A DNA stretch of 64,000 nucleotides, taken from positions 1,736,001 through 1,800,000 of the forward strand of contig OZ218953.1 of assembly GCA_965112735.1 (NCBI GenBank), in the 5' to 3' direction. The notes below the pieces were generated by a model. That model had not been told where the DNA came from and ran no database searches. It saw only the letters and a program-made list of their open reading frames with translations. Numbering within the stretch: the first letter of the stretch is position 1; each line of letters opens with the position of its first letter. Shown here piece by piece: positions 14,301 to 29,114 of the stretch. The stretch is from Phaeosaccion multiseriatum (lineage: Eukaryota; Protista; Ochrophyta, other classes). The position numbers were made by a program, and so were the translations under genes.

Positions 14301-15366
14301 CCCTCCTCGCTCGTTGCTGACGACTCTTCCCTGGTGGCAGATCTGATGGTGCTGCTGCCGAGCCTCACCGGCGTCCTCGCTACGGTACAGGTGCTCTATG
14401 CCAGGTACGGGTATGTCTATATTTCACGGTGTGTGCGTGTGTGTGTACGTGCGTGCGTGCGTGCGTGTGTGCTGCGTGTGTGTGTGTGTGCGTTTCACAG
14501 TGTGTATCTGCGCAAGTGGGTGCGGGTGGGTGGGTGGGTGGGTAAGTGAGCTAGAGGGAAGGAAGGTCAGAGGGATGGGAGGAAGAAAGGGAGAGAAGAC
14601 GAGGCGGAACTTGGGCCTTTGGGTGCGTGCGTTCGTGCGTGCATGCGCATCCACATAACGCCCCCTCCCCCTCTTTCACGAGATTCACCGCCTATGGATA
14701 AAGACAATCCCCCTATCGCTGGTGTCGCTGGGTGTCGGGAAGCTTCCACATACTCCCTCCTCACCCTCCCCTCAACCCCTGTGTGTTGTATCAACATTGG
14801 TTCTCTGCTGTGCCAGCTGTCCGGTCGGTCGCCGAGGAGGCCAGCAGCAGCAGCAGTCTGTGGCATCGTCGTCATCTGTGAGATCTGTGAGCAGAGGAGG
14901 TCAGCGGTGGCTTCCAAGAGCGGCATGGGGTTATGGCTTGTATGATGAGCCGAGAGAAGAGAGCTCTGCGGCAGCTGCTGGAGCGATGGCGCTCGGAAGC
15001 AGACTAGGAGGCAACAGCAGCAGCGAGGGGGGGAGGGAGGGGAGGGAGGGGGCGCAGGCTGGAGTAGAGAAGGTAGGGAAGGAACGCAACGCAGCAGCAG
15101 CAGCAGCAGCGGTAGCAGTTGGTGACACGGCAGCTGCTGCAGCAACTTGTGGTACCAAAGCGGAAGTGGCAGCAGGAATAGTGTTGGGAGCGCCCCCGCT
15201 CAAGAGAGAAGAGAGCACCGCAACAGATGCAGAGGGCTCTGCAGCACCTGGGCCGGCAGGTGGTGAAGGTGGTGGTACAGCAGTTGGTGGTACAGCGGCT
15301 GGTGGACGTCCCCGGCATCGGCCCGAGAGAGGCCTCCGGAGTCCTAGCCACCGCTGCTCCATGTAG
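3..15366 (+). CDS. Soluble class III nucleotidyl cyclase with STAND-type P-loop NTPase (ADCY10 / Dictyostelium sGC-like); multi-exon, 5' end probably upstream of the window
   Basis: Spliced exons carry C1 motifs AMMDLCGFTRLAE (~565) and GGDVIRLAGDAL (~2270) and C2 motifs IKEFTMDDKG (~3980), GVSTG, ELAMVGDTVNTAARL (~4200) and LKGK (~4816). Walker A (VLEGVPG|GGKS) is split by intron ~5612-5739; a Walker B-like PLVVVID lies at ~9540; FWLRTHGVPAYIKE (~12070) and FKDLVLHQVVY..MSFMQRQQLH (~13725) are typical of the sAC C-terminal region. The last exon ~14817-15366 is in phase with the donor at ~14405. Confidence 0.85.
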
Positions 15367-16025
15367 GAGGAAGGGTGGGCTTATAGTGCCCCAAGACGCT
15401 TCGGAGACTCCTGGATAGAAGATAAAAGGACGCGGCAGTATCACTGACATAAGTGGTCAGTCAGCGTGGGGACGGGGGGGGGGCGTGAAACGTGCCGTCT
15501 TGCTTTGTATTGTTATCTATTATATATACACTTGAAAGAGGCCTCTTTCTGCCTGTCTGCCTGCCGGTCTGCCTTCCGCGAGAGCAAAATATGCCACCCA
15601 CACTCCTCTTTAAGAGATCGAAGCCATCGTGTCCTCTGAATCAGAGCTCACAGTGCGTTAGTCCCGCCTCTACGTCCCAGCAGTTTTGGGTCACCCTGCC
15701 CCAATCAAGTCCACCCAGCAGTTGAGCAGTTGAGCAGTTGCATGTCACTACTAGCCCCCAAGTCATCAAAAGTGTGGATCGAGGCAGGAGGGAGGGAGGA
15801 GCTCGAGGGAGAGGAGGAGCGGGGGGGGGGGGGGGTGAGGCAAAAGCCGACCAAAACAGTGGATAACCAGCGAGAGCAAGTACAAAAGCAGGGAAGTGGG
15901 CTTCCTTTCGCTTCTTCTCCACTGATTCTGCTCTGCTTGGCCTCACCCCCCCCCCCCCTTCCCCTCTTGGTGATGTTGGAGTCTCCAGTCCTGTCCTCCT
16001 GTGATGATGCTTGTACAAAATTTGC

Positions 16026-16130
16026 TTGCGCAGGATGAATGAGATGAAGCAAACTCGAGCAGCTACAGCAGAGTCTTCTTGCGCAGGATGAATGAGATGA
16101 AGCAAACTCGAGCAGCTACAGCAGAGTCTT
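16026..16130. repeat. 53-bp direct tandem duplication spanning the PLAC8-like stop codon
   Basis: ttgcgcaggatgaatgagatgaagcaaactcgagcagctacagcagagtctt occurs at 16026 and again at 16079. Confidence 0.95.
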
Positions 16131-19100
16131 TTCCATGCTCGGCTCCAAGTCTGATCGGTCCATCGCCTCCGCCTGTCAGAGACGAGGACATTGTGTGTGT
16201 GTGTGTGGGTGGGAGACATGGAGTGAGAAAGAAAGAGAGAGAGTGTGTGTGTGTGTAAGGGACGGAGCGAGAACGAGAGAGAGAGGGTGAGAGAACAGAG
16301 AGAGAGAGAGAACAGAGAGAGAGAGAGAGAGAACAGAGAGATTGGTTTCAGTAAGCAGTCTCAGTCCCCCCCACATGGCCGAAACCGAGAGCTCTCATCT
16401 TCCAATTGGAGTTCCAATTGGAGTGTGTACGCACGGGCAAGGGCGCACAAAGGAGCGCCGTCACGCATGAGGTTCGAGCTCCCTCCACGTCATGTCCATG
16501 CCTGCTTAGCCCTCCCTCTTTCTTCTCCTCTCTTGTTCCTCCTCGCCCAGTGTCACTACAGTACTACCCGACTAAAGATTCATGCCTGCTTAGCCCTCCC
16601 CTCATGTTCTCTCCTCATCCTCGCCCAGTGTCGCTACAGTACTACCCGACTAAAGATTCATGCCTGCTTAGCCCTCCCTCTGTCTTCTCCTCTCTTGTTC
16701 CTCATCGCCCAGTGTCGCTACAGTACTACCCGACTAAAGATTCATGCCTGCTTAGCCCTCCCCTCATGTTCTCTCCTCATCCTCGCCCAGTGTAGCTACA
16801 GTACTACCCGACTGACTCACCACTGGCGCAATGCTCTCCTGGTAGTGTAACTCTGTGGCCATTTGGGCGGTCATGCAACCGACCTGTTCCAAGCAATGTG
16901 TCCATACAGTGCCATCCATCGGCCACAGAGATAGAGAGAGAGAGGGAGAAAGAGTGTCCAGAACAGAAGTGCGCACCACGCAAAACAATTCCACACGATG
17001 AAATCAGAGAAGGAAAGAGGGCAACACAAGGGGGGGAGGGTTGAGAGCTGGCAGCGGCTATTGCAACGTAAATATGGGAGGGAGGGAGGGAGGGAGGGAG
17101 GGGGAGGGAGGGAGCTGTAATACCCTAAGCAAGCAACACATGCAAGAGAGGTAGGTGAGGAAATCTTCTTCTTCGTTGTTCGCCCTCTTGTGTTCGTGCT
17201 CATATGTAACGCTATGTAACGCCCTCTTGTGTTGGTGCTCATATGTAACGCTTGCGCGACGCGTGTCCGCTACGCACCACTCACTCACCGTGCTGTAAAA
17301 GACCATCTCGGCGACGAGGTCGAGGATCCGTGAGAGCTCACGGAAGCTGTGCAAGGCAAGTCCAGGCAAGGGGGGGCGAGGCCAGGGACAAGAGCGATAC
17401 AGGGGGGGTGAGGGAGGGAGGGGGTGAGGGAGTGATGGGCTGAGAGAGTGAGGGGGTAAGGAGGCGAGGGGTTGGAGGAGCGAGGGGGGGGGGGTGGTGA
17501 GGGGGTGAGAGAGGAGTGTTGCCGTGGGAGGCGTGTGTTTCTGTGGATCCATCCCATCCCATCCCATCCCATCCCATCCCATCCCATCCCATCCCATGTC
17601 TTTCGTTGTTCGTGACGAGAGTTATGGCACCGTGAGTGTACAAACTCGCCGAGGTACAAGTAGTGAGTGGTGTTATTCGCACTCGTTCGCCCGCCCCATT
17701 CCCCCAAAACCCCAGCAACTCACTTTCGGTTGATTAGGGCCAAGCAGTGACAGGCGCAGGACAAGACTTGGATGAGGTTGTTACACCTGGGTGGGGCGAG
17801 GTGAGAAGCGAGCGAGCAGGCGGCAAAAGCAACAAGGACGGAGCCAGTCCAGTCCAGTTCAAAAAAAGAGTGAGTAGTAAGGCAAGGGCAACAGGCAGAG
17901 GCAGGCAGGCAGGCAACAGGCACATGCATGGATGTGTGCGTAGGCGCCGTCTGGGGGTGAGTGTGAAAGGACAGCTCAGGCAGCGCCTCCAGCAGCGGCA
18001 CCGTCAGAGGCCCGATCGGAGATTGTGACCGAGGGATACACCAAAAAAACGTTTTGCTCTCGCTTGCCAAGGAGTCCGATCGATGCCTCGATGCGCTCCT
18101 TCACCCTGCCAGGACCTAAGCGCCCGCCCATCCTTCCTTCTGCTACGCTACTGACCGGATGATCTTGTTGTCCCAGGGATCCGGTACAAGTCTGTATTTG
18201 TCCATGATGAGCATCCGATTCGCGCTGACTGCGCAGCTCAAGCAGCAGAACGATTCCAGACAGAGGCAAAGGGCGGGGCAGGACTCCTCGCCCATCTCTC
18301 CTGGCCTGGAGGAGAAGAGGGACGCAGCAGTACAGCAGTTGGTGATTTAGCGCGTCCATCCACAGCATTGGCAAGAAGGAAATAACACAACAGCGCAACA
18401 AAGAAGCAGAGGAGGGTATGGCCACGAGGTAGGCATTTAAGCTGAGACCTGAGAAGTGGAGGGGAGGAGAGAGAGACAGAGAGAGAGAGAAACAAAATGC
18501 AAGCAGAGAGACGCAAAGTGTGTGTGTGTGCGTCTTACATGCAGCAGCCACAGCCTCCGAAATAGCCTTGGCAACAGATGTAATTCTGAATGTCTCCATC
18601 GATCAATTTATGCCGGATGTGGCATTGGGAGCAGGGCCCGCACACGCATCCAAGAGTTGCCCCTGTTTCATCGTTTCGCACAGGAAAAGCGGGCAAGAGG
18701 GGGGGGGTAAGAAGAGAGTGGGCATCCTCCTTCAATCACACGGCACTTACATAGCGGATTAGCACAGCAGGACTTGTTCATTCCCACCTGTACCACGGCA
18801 TCAAGAAAAAGAGAGGGGAAGGGTGAGGGAGGGCACTGTGGTGAGGAGAGGAGAGAGCGAGAAAGAGAGAATGAGAGAGAGAATGAGAGAGAGATAGAGA
18901 TAGAGAGAGAGAGAGAGAATGAGAGAGAGCGAGAGAGAGAATGAGAGAGATAGAGATAGAGATAGAGAGAGGAGAGAGAGAGGAGAGAGAAGGAGAGAGA
19001 GAAGGAGAGAGAGAGAAGACAGAGAGAGAAGACAGAGAGAGAAGGAGAGAGAGAGCGAGAGAGAGAATGAGAGAGAGAATGAGAGAGAGAGAGAGAGAGA

Positions 19101-19389
19101 AAAGAGAGAGAGAGAGCGAGAGAGAGAATGAGAGAGATAGAGATAGAGATAGAGAGAGGAGAGAGAAAGATAGAGATAGAGAGATAGAGGGAGAGGGGGG
19201 GTGAGAGAGAGAGAGGGAGAGAGAGAGGGAGAGAGAGAGCGAGAGAAGGAGAAGGAGAGAGAGAAGAGAGAGAGGGGAGAGAGACAAACCCCCTTCCCTC
19301 CCTACCTGGAATTGGTTTGGGTTCCCGTAGTATTGGCCATACTTGGAGCCTTCGACGGGGCTGTCGTCAACGCATAAGCAGCACGCCAT
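16116..19389 (-). CDS. PLAC8-family Cys-rich protein (7 exons)
   Basis: Splicing gives MACCLCVDDSPVEGSKYGQYYGNPNQFQ|VGMNKSCCANPL|..GCVCGPCSQCHIRHKLIDGDIQNYICCQGYFGGCGCC|PGEMGEESCPALCLCLESFCCLSCAVSANRMLIMDKYRLVPDPWDNKIIR|CNNLIQVLSCACHCLALINR|FRELSRILDLVAEMVFYST|VGCMTAQMATELHYQESIAPV|AEAMDRSDLEPSMEKTLL*. All junctions are GT-AG. The pattern YICCQGY..GE..CP..CLC.E..CC..DN.II matches the plant/algal PLAC8-like family. Confidence 0.8.
16497..16814. repeat. Intronic minisatellite, 4 units with alternating 84/78-bp periods
   Basis: Units catgcctgcttagccctcc...cagtactacccgact start at 16497, 16581, 16659 and 16743. Confidence 0.95.
17181..17252. repeat. ~39-bp intronic tandem duplication
   Basis: cgccctcttgtgtt(c/g)gtgctcatatgtaacgct occurs twice. 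Confidence 0.85.
18845..19285. repeat. Long (GA)-rich polypurine tract in PLAC8-like intron 1
   Basis: About 440 bp of GAGA/GAGATA/GAGAAT variants. Confidence 0.95.
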
Positions 19390-20228
19390 TAGTCAAAGTA
19401 CAAAGAAGCCTAAGGAGAAAGAAAAAGAAACGAGAAGAGAGAGGTGAAACTGAAAACTGGGCTTGGGGATCGTTCTTTTCAAAAACTTACTTACCACCAC
19501 TGGCAGTGTCTAGCAGCGTGTGCTGAGTCTGCTGAAGCAACAGAACGAAGCGGGTGAGAGGGATGTTGCATGTTCACCTCCAGTAGAGCCTGGGAGGAAA
19601 CGCTCTGAGCGAGGAAGTGGGAAAGTCGGGAAGGATCCAGGAACGCTGAGAGGGGGAGGAGGAGGAGGAGGAGGAGGAGGAGGAGGAGGAGGAACAGGAA
19701 GAGCAGGCAGCGAGGATCCCGTCCATGTGTGTATGTACATTACGATTCGATGCTCCCAATAATGATGGGACATGTCAGTTAGTACGACCGGCCGCCAAAT
19801 CCGTCCGTTCGTCAGTCCGCCCCCCGTCGCCCTCTCTTTCCGCCCTCCTGCCGGCCTCCCTGTCCTCCCATCATCTTGCCGCACATCCATTCGCTCCACC
19901 CCGCCCTGCCCTAATGTGGCTCAGTCCTCCTCGTCCTCGTCCTCGTCCTCCTCCTCCCCCTCCTCGTCCTCCTCGTCCTCGTCCTCCTCCTCCTCCTCCT
20001 CCTGCTCCTCCTCCTCCTCCTCCTCCTCCTCCTCCTCCTCCTCCTCCTCCTCCCATCCATAGTGCGACACAGTCCTCTGCTCTATTGGCCTCGCTTCAAA
20101 TCTCGACAGGACCCCTCATCCTGCTCCGCGAAGTGCAGTTACAGCAGCACCGTAGTGAGAGCAGAAGGAAGCGCAACTGCTCCTCCCACCCTCCCTCCCT
20201 CCCTCCCTTCTCTATCCTCCCTCCCTCC

Positions 20229-22660
<2,432 letters not shown>

Positions 22661-22819
22661 GCTTCTAATCTAATGGAAAATAGATACCCCTTCTTCCTTG
22701 GATATCTCTCTTGGCAGCGCGAAGGGAAGGACGCAGCCCAATCCTATGCAATAATCAATCAAATCTCTTCCCTTCCCTCCAACATCCCTATCTCCTAAGG
22801 ATAAACACGAAGACAGGTG
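22661..22819. promoter_or_regulatory. Putative bidirectional promoter between PDAP1 and the methyltransferase gene
   Basis: Divergent start codons only ~160 bp apart; AT-richer spacer with CCAAT/CAAT motifs. Confidence 0.55.
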
Positions 22820-24870
22820 ATGGCGATGTCGTCACTGCAGCGGGCGGGAGGCAAACTGGCCCGCCACTTCATCGCGTCCTCGCTGTACGCGTCCGACAGC
22901 GGCTACTTTGCCAAGAGAGACATAATCAAAGACCTGCACGAGGGGCTGCCTTTCAACGAGATGCTGGGCATGGCCGACTACCACAAGGGAGTGCAGAAGG
23001 TGGGTTGCACTGGGACGCAGGAAGAGAGAAGGAGCAGCAGGAGCAGCAGGAGGGGGAAGAGGAGCTGGAGGAGAAGCAGCAGCCAGGAGCAGCAGCAGAA
23101 GGCTCGCTTCGATCTCTTGAGGAAGGTCTACCCCCTGTCTGTGCTGCGGCTTCTCCTGTGAGCAGGAGGCGAATACTTCGTGGCGATTGGCCAGCAAGTG
23201 GCTTCCGCTCAGGGAGGGAAGGCCAATCCTGCTCGAAGAAGAAAAGAGCCGAGCCGACTTGCATCTCCTGCTCTTCACACGCCCCACCCCACCCCACCTT
23301 TGTCCCAACCTCTCCTGACCGCCATCCCTCCCTCCCCCTCCCCACCAACACCCTGCACCGCCATGCCCATCGGTCGCGTCGTCGTGCATCCATCCATCTC
23401 CCCCCCAGGCCTACGACAGCAAGCCGCAAGCCTGGCTCACTCCTGTGGAAGTGTTTCGCCCTCACTACTCCGCAGCCATGGCCAAATATATGGTGGAGGA
23501 GGCCCGAAGAGCGGGACTGGGCCGCAACGGAAAGCGCAAGAGAAAGCTGCGGCATAAAACCAGCGGCTTCGCCTTGCTCACCAGCGGCAGTGGGAGTGGC
23601 AGTAGCAGAGGAGGCGCGGCAGCAGCGCGGCAGATCGGCTCAGGGGGGACTGCAGAGGAGACTTTCAACGACAGCCACAGCCAGGGTCAGGGCCAGGGTC
23701 AGGGCCAGGGCCATCAGGGCGAGGCGTATGATACAGGAGCGCCGTGGGACGAGTTGGTCATATATGAGGTCGGGGGGGGGAGCGGCACCAACGCGCTGTG
23801 CATCCTCGATTGGATGCAGCAGCACGCCCCGGATGAGTACGAGCGTAAGTAAGAGTAAGAGAGCGAACTGAAGAGTGCGGAAGGCGACGGACGAATGAGG
23901 CCTGTGGGTGGTAGGCTTGGTCTTGCCATTAGCAGTATTATTTGTGTAAACTAGGGTAGGGAGATATGCATTGGTCTCCTCACTCCCCCTTCCTCGTACC
24001 TATGCTTGCGTTCTCACTCATTGCTCACGTTTCGCTACTCAGGTACCACATATACCATTATAGAGATCAGTTCACTGCTGGCGGAGCGGCAGAGGGAGCG
24101 TGTCTGCTCTCGCCACCGAAACTGCAGAGTGCTGCTGCAGGATGCCCTCAGTTGGGTGGAGGACGGGTGAGTCAGAGAGGCACACTCACTCACTCACTCA
24201 CTCACTCACTCACAGACTCACTCCCTCAGCCACGCACGCACTCACTCACTCACTCACTCACTCACTCACTCACTCACTCACTTCATAGTACACATCATTC
24301 CCACTCCCAGAAAGTGTAGGGAGCCCCTCGAATGCTCCCTCTTCCATCTCCTCCCACCGCTCGTCCCTCCTCTCCTCTCATCTCATCTGCCTGAACAAAA
24401 AATGCAATACGCATGCCCCTTTCCCGTCCGTACACGCCCCCCCCAGCTGGCCCACGGAACAAAGGCCGTGCTTCTTCCTCGGCATGGAGGTGCTTGACAA
24501 CCTACCGCATGACAAGGTATGGCACTGCACACACGCACGCACTCACTCACGCCTGCACTCACAAGGCAGGGTGGCAGTCTTGAATTGAGTCAGCCCAAGG
24601 GGTTTTCTGTCTGAGTTTGGGCTGAGGAGGAGGAGAGGGAGGAGGAGGAGGAGGAGGAGGAGGGGGAGGAGGAGGAGGTTGTGCCGGAGGAGTTAGGGTG
24701 GAAGCTCTTCCTACGTGGAGAGTGAAGCACAAGTGATCACCTCACCAACCCCCAAGCAGCCTGCCCAAAGCCTCTGCTTCTCACCTTAGTCCGTCCCGTG
24801 TTGGCTTCCTCACTTTTCCTGCGATCTGCAAAGGTGGCGTGGAGGCGACCTGATGTGAATTTCCACAGCA

Positions 24871-24907
<37 letters not shown>

Positions 24908-25265
24908 CAGTAGTAGCAATAGTAGTAGCAGTAGTGATAGCTTAGGCAGCACGGGAGGCTCCCAGGAGGAGCAGCTGTGCGAGGCCATCGTGGAGGAGTG
25001 GGAGCCGCCCAAGCTGCAGACGTGGAGCTGGAGAACCCCCGCGGACTACGATGGCAGCAGACGGGATGCCTCAGCCACCAACCGCCGACGGAGAGGAGCC
25101 GGGGGAGGAGCCGCAGACCCGCTGTACATAGAAAAGTTCCGGCCTGTGAGCGACCCGACCATACAGGCCACTCTGGCGGCTCACCCGGCCGCTAGGGGCT
25201 TTGTGGACACTCAGAGCAAGATGGGGGGGGGGGGGGGGCAACAAGAGGGCGTGCCAGCCATCGAA

Positions 25266-25302
<37 letters not shown>

Positions 25303-26033
25303 GAGGAGGAGGCCTCTCGTCGTGGTGGAGGGGTTTAATGGCTTCGCGCAGAAGGCAAGCGGAACCCTCGGCCTGCTTCATCCCCACCGGCGCCTTCTTG
25401 CTGCTCAACAGCCTGTCCAAGGCCTTCCCTCGGCATCGCGTCATCCTTGCGGATTTCGACTACTTGCCGCCCCCCGTGCTGGATAGGCCGATAGACTCGA
25501 CTATGGAGGCACTGCAGGTTCGAGGGAGAGGGAGGGAGGGAGGGAGGGAGGGGGTATTAAGGGAGCCCTGCTTACATATTCTTCCTCCTCGGTCTCCTCC
25601 TTTCTCCCCGCCTCCTCCTCCTCCTCCTTTCTCCCGTGCACTGCCATCGTCAGGCGCCTCTTGTGTCCGCGAGAGATCCAATCACGGGAGAGAGCTACGA
25701 CTACAATACTTACCTCGTTCCACAGGTGTGTGTGTGTGCGTGTGCGTGCGTGCGTGCGTGTGTTTGTGCGTATTCGTGAGTGTATGCTTGTATGTGCGTG
25801 CGTGCGTGCGTGCGTGCGTGTGTGCGCGTTTGTGTGTGTGTGAGTTAGGTGGGACTTGGCAGGGCGTCACCACCACTGTGTCTCGAGGAACGTCGTCCTG
25901 ACACCCTGTACCTGTGCCTCTCTTTCTTTCCCTCTCTCCCTCTCTCCCTCCCTCCCTCCCTCCCTCCCGTCCTTGTGTGTCCCCCCCTCCGTCCCCTCGT
26001 TTACCCCTCTCTCTCCTTCTCCCTCTTTTTCAC

Positions 26034-26071
<38 letters not shown>

Positions 26072-26432
26072 GCAGGGCAAGGCCGATATCATGTTCGCGA
26101 CGGACTTTGAGGCGCTAAAGGAGATGTACAGCGTGGTGTGCCGCCGACCGAGCAGCGCCGTGCATGTGACAAAGCAGCACACCTTCTTAAAGGTTGGTCA
26201 CGGGCGAGGGGAGGACGGGGAGAAGAGGGGAGAAGGGAGGGGAGGGAGGGGAGAGGAAGGGGAGGGATAGTGGGGTTGTAGCGTGGATGAATCAGGCCCA
26301 TTGTGCAAGCTGGTTCTGTTCCTCCTGGTTTCAGTTCCAGTTTCAGTTTGATGATTCCACGCACGCGCGCACAACCACGCTCACGCTCACACCGCTCAAA
26401 CGTCCCCTCTGACAACGCTCATACCGCGAACC

Positions 26433-26511
<79 letters not shown>

Positions 26512-26619
26512 ACCCACGCCCCTCCCCAGGCCTTTGCCAACGTGCATGCCACCACGTGCCGCAACGGTTACAACCCCTTACTGGAGGACTTCTCCAACAC
26601 AAAGATGCTCTTCAGCTGA
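22820..26619 (+). CDS. SAM-dependent methyltransferase, NDUFAF7/MidA family (multi-exon)
   Basis: Motifs RHFIASSLY..GYF, WLTPVEVFRPHY, IYEVGGGSGTNALCILD (SAM-binding motif I), YTIIEIS, FFLGMEVLDNLPHDK, FIPTGA, ILADFDYLP, GKADIMFATDF and GYNPLLEDFSNTK; stop TGA at 26617-26619. Confidence 0.85.
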
Positions 26620-27497
26620 TGACTGCTGCTGTATCACCAACTGCTCTATGCCGGGCAAAGGGATCTGTTGCTGCTGGACAACCCACGCTCGCGCTCACTG
26701 GAGTGGGGCGTGGCAGCTAAACGGTTACCCTTCTACGATGTATATTATTCTATTTATATATCGATGAATGTACAGCTTCTCCTCCTCCCTTGTTGTTTGT
26801 TCCGATGAAAAAGAGGTAAAAACGCTCTCCCTCTTGCTGCTCCGACGCGGAACACGAGGAAATAAATAAATGTAACAGCCACATGCCCGGCCTACTCTCC
26901 CATGAGGAATGCCTCACTGCGGTGTATGTGAGAAATGCCTCACTGCTGATTGAGCAAGGAAGAAAGCAAAATCACAAACCCTTCCCTTTCTCTCTATTGG
27001 TATGGTACCCTACCCCCCTGTAGGTCTACCTGCCCCCCGCCCCTGCTCCCTACGGAACAAAAACAAAATCCCTTCAATTCAACCCCTCACCTCCCCCTCT
27101 TCCCCCTCCAAAAATCAATAACTGTATAATATAACACTCCGTGTACCTGTTCCGTCCCGTTTGTGCCGAACGAGCCCAACGAACGAACGAAAAATGAGTC
27201 GCTGAGGAATGAATCCATCCTTGGTGAATCCATCCATCCCTTCCTTCAAAAGATACAAATACACGCATGTCCGTTGAAACGTACGTCCTATCCAATGTAC
27301 ATGTCTGGACTTGGGTACCCCCTCCCCCCCCCCCCCCCCCACGCGAACCCCCCCCACTTCAGCATAATGAAACGCCCTGCCCTCCAGATCGATTTGAGAT
27401 ATGAGAGGGGGGTATTTTGCCATACTTCGAAGGAAGCTTCTTCTTTCTCCTCCTTGCCCTCGCTCTGTCCGGAGAGCATTCACTCCTCTCTTCTCCC

Positions 27498-29082
27498 TCA
27501 AAGAACCATGACGGTAATCGTGATATCGTCACTGATGTCAGTAAAGTACAAAGACGGGAAGGGCAAAGGCACAGAGGAGACGGTCAGAGCGAGACGGAGA
27601 GGGGAGTCAGAGGGGGAACAGGTCATGGAGCAAACAACATGGTCGGGCCTTCGCCCCTCAATCCTCCCCTTCCATCCCCTCACTCACGCCGCCCCGTTCT
27701 CCCCCCCCCTCACGCTCCCTCCCTGCCTCCCCTACCCTCAAACACAAAATAGGCCTATTCTCCACTCCCCACTCCCAAGTCTCACCGACTCTGCGAACGG
27801 AGGGCGAGGTCAAGAAGTGTCCGAGCAGGTGTATTCTTGCCACCAGGACTCTTTCTCCACTTCTTCAGGGCCCTCCGGCACGCAAAGATGATAATCTTAT
27901 GTGTGGTGACGTCCCACAGTCCATCGCTGGCCAGCACGACAAAGGAAGGCTCCACATCCTTGCTATTGCTGTCTCTACCCAGGAAGAAGCCGCTCGCACG
28001 GGAGCGCAGACTCCGCGAACCTGCTGAGCTGCTCTCGCCCGGTTGTGTTGGGGGGGGGTTGAGGATATGGGGAGGGAGGGAGGGAGGGGTGTGTGTGAAA
28101 AGGGATGCGTTTACAGAGAGAGGGAAGTGTGCACTTTCCACAACAACTTGGACGTTACGGTAGGGTTGGAAACACCTCTGTGAGGCAAACACACAAATGG
28201 AAAAGAGCAAGAAGAGCGGAGAAATACCTCCATCCATCCTTCTTATCCAGCCATCCACGCATCCATCCACCTCCCTCCCTCCCTCCCTCCCTCACTCACT
28301 CACTCTTTCACTCACTCACACACTCACCAAGTACTACCGTGCTCCGACAAGTTTCCCTCGCTCAGCACCCTTCCCCTCTTGGCAGCACCCCCACCACCGC
28401 CGTTGCTCTTTGTACCGCTCCTATCCAGCGGATCCGGCGTTCTGCTCGCTCTGCGCCCCATCTTCGACAGCAACGCAGCGGACAATCTCCTCCCGCGAGA
28501 CTGATGTGAGGACTGCGAGGAAGGTGAATTTTCGGGCTTGTCTTCACCCTTCCCCTCCCTGCCATCTTTAACGTCGCCAATTGTTGCCGTGGCTGCCAAG
28601 GCGGGGCTGCCCAGGTTGAGCTCGGTAACGCCCTTCAATATAAGCGCTGCTGAAGCCTCTGCCGACATGCCCCCCCCCTCGGCCCCTCCTCCTCCTCCTC
28701 CTCCTCCTCCTCCTCCTCCCTTCCCAGCGGGGCTCATGTGGATGGTCGGTGGTGTGGTGGAAGGTGAAGGCCCCAGGCTGCTGCCATCGTCTCGTTGGTG
28801 GCCCCCCTCCTCCCCCTCCTCTTCCTCCTCTCTGTCTTCGGCTCGCCAGCGTATCCTCTCTACGCGAACATCAATGACATAGGGGTTGCAGATAATGGCA
28901 CCGGGGTACTCATGTTTCACATCCCAATCGCCAATACTCCGACTCGGTTCCAACACCGCAAAGGCCCGCTTGCCCACCACGACCCCTCCCGACTGCTCGA
29001 TGCGCCGCGTCTCTGTCGGGTTAACGCTGCGGTGGACCTGAGTAAGCTCGAGTATGCGCCCGGCAGAGGGCTTGCTTCGGCA

Positions 29083-29114
<32 letters not shown>

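Noticed and set aside
16497-16814. CRISPR-like array, or the repeat ORF 16245-16850
   Set aside because: The units are contiguous near-identical tandem copies without unique spacers, lie in an intron of the opposite-strand gene, and have no cas genes nearby. The ORF is open only because the periods are multiples of 3.
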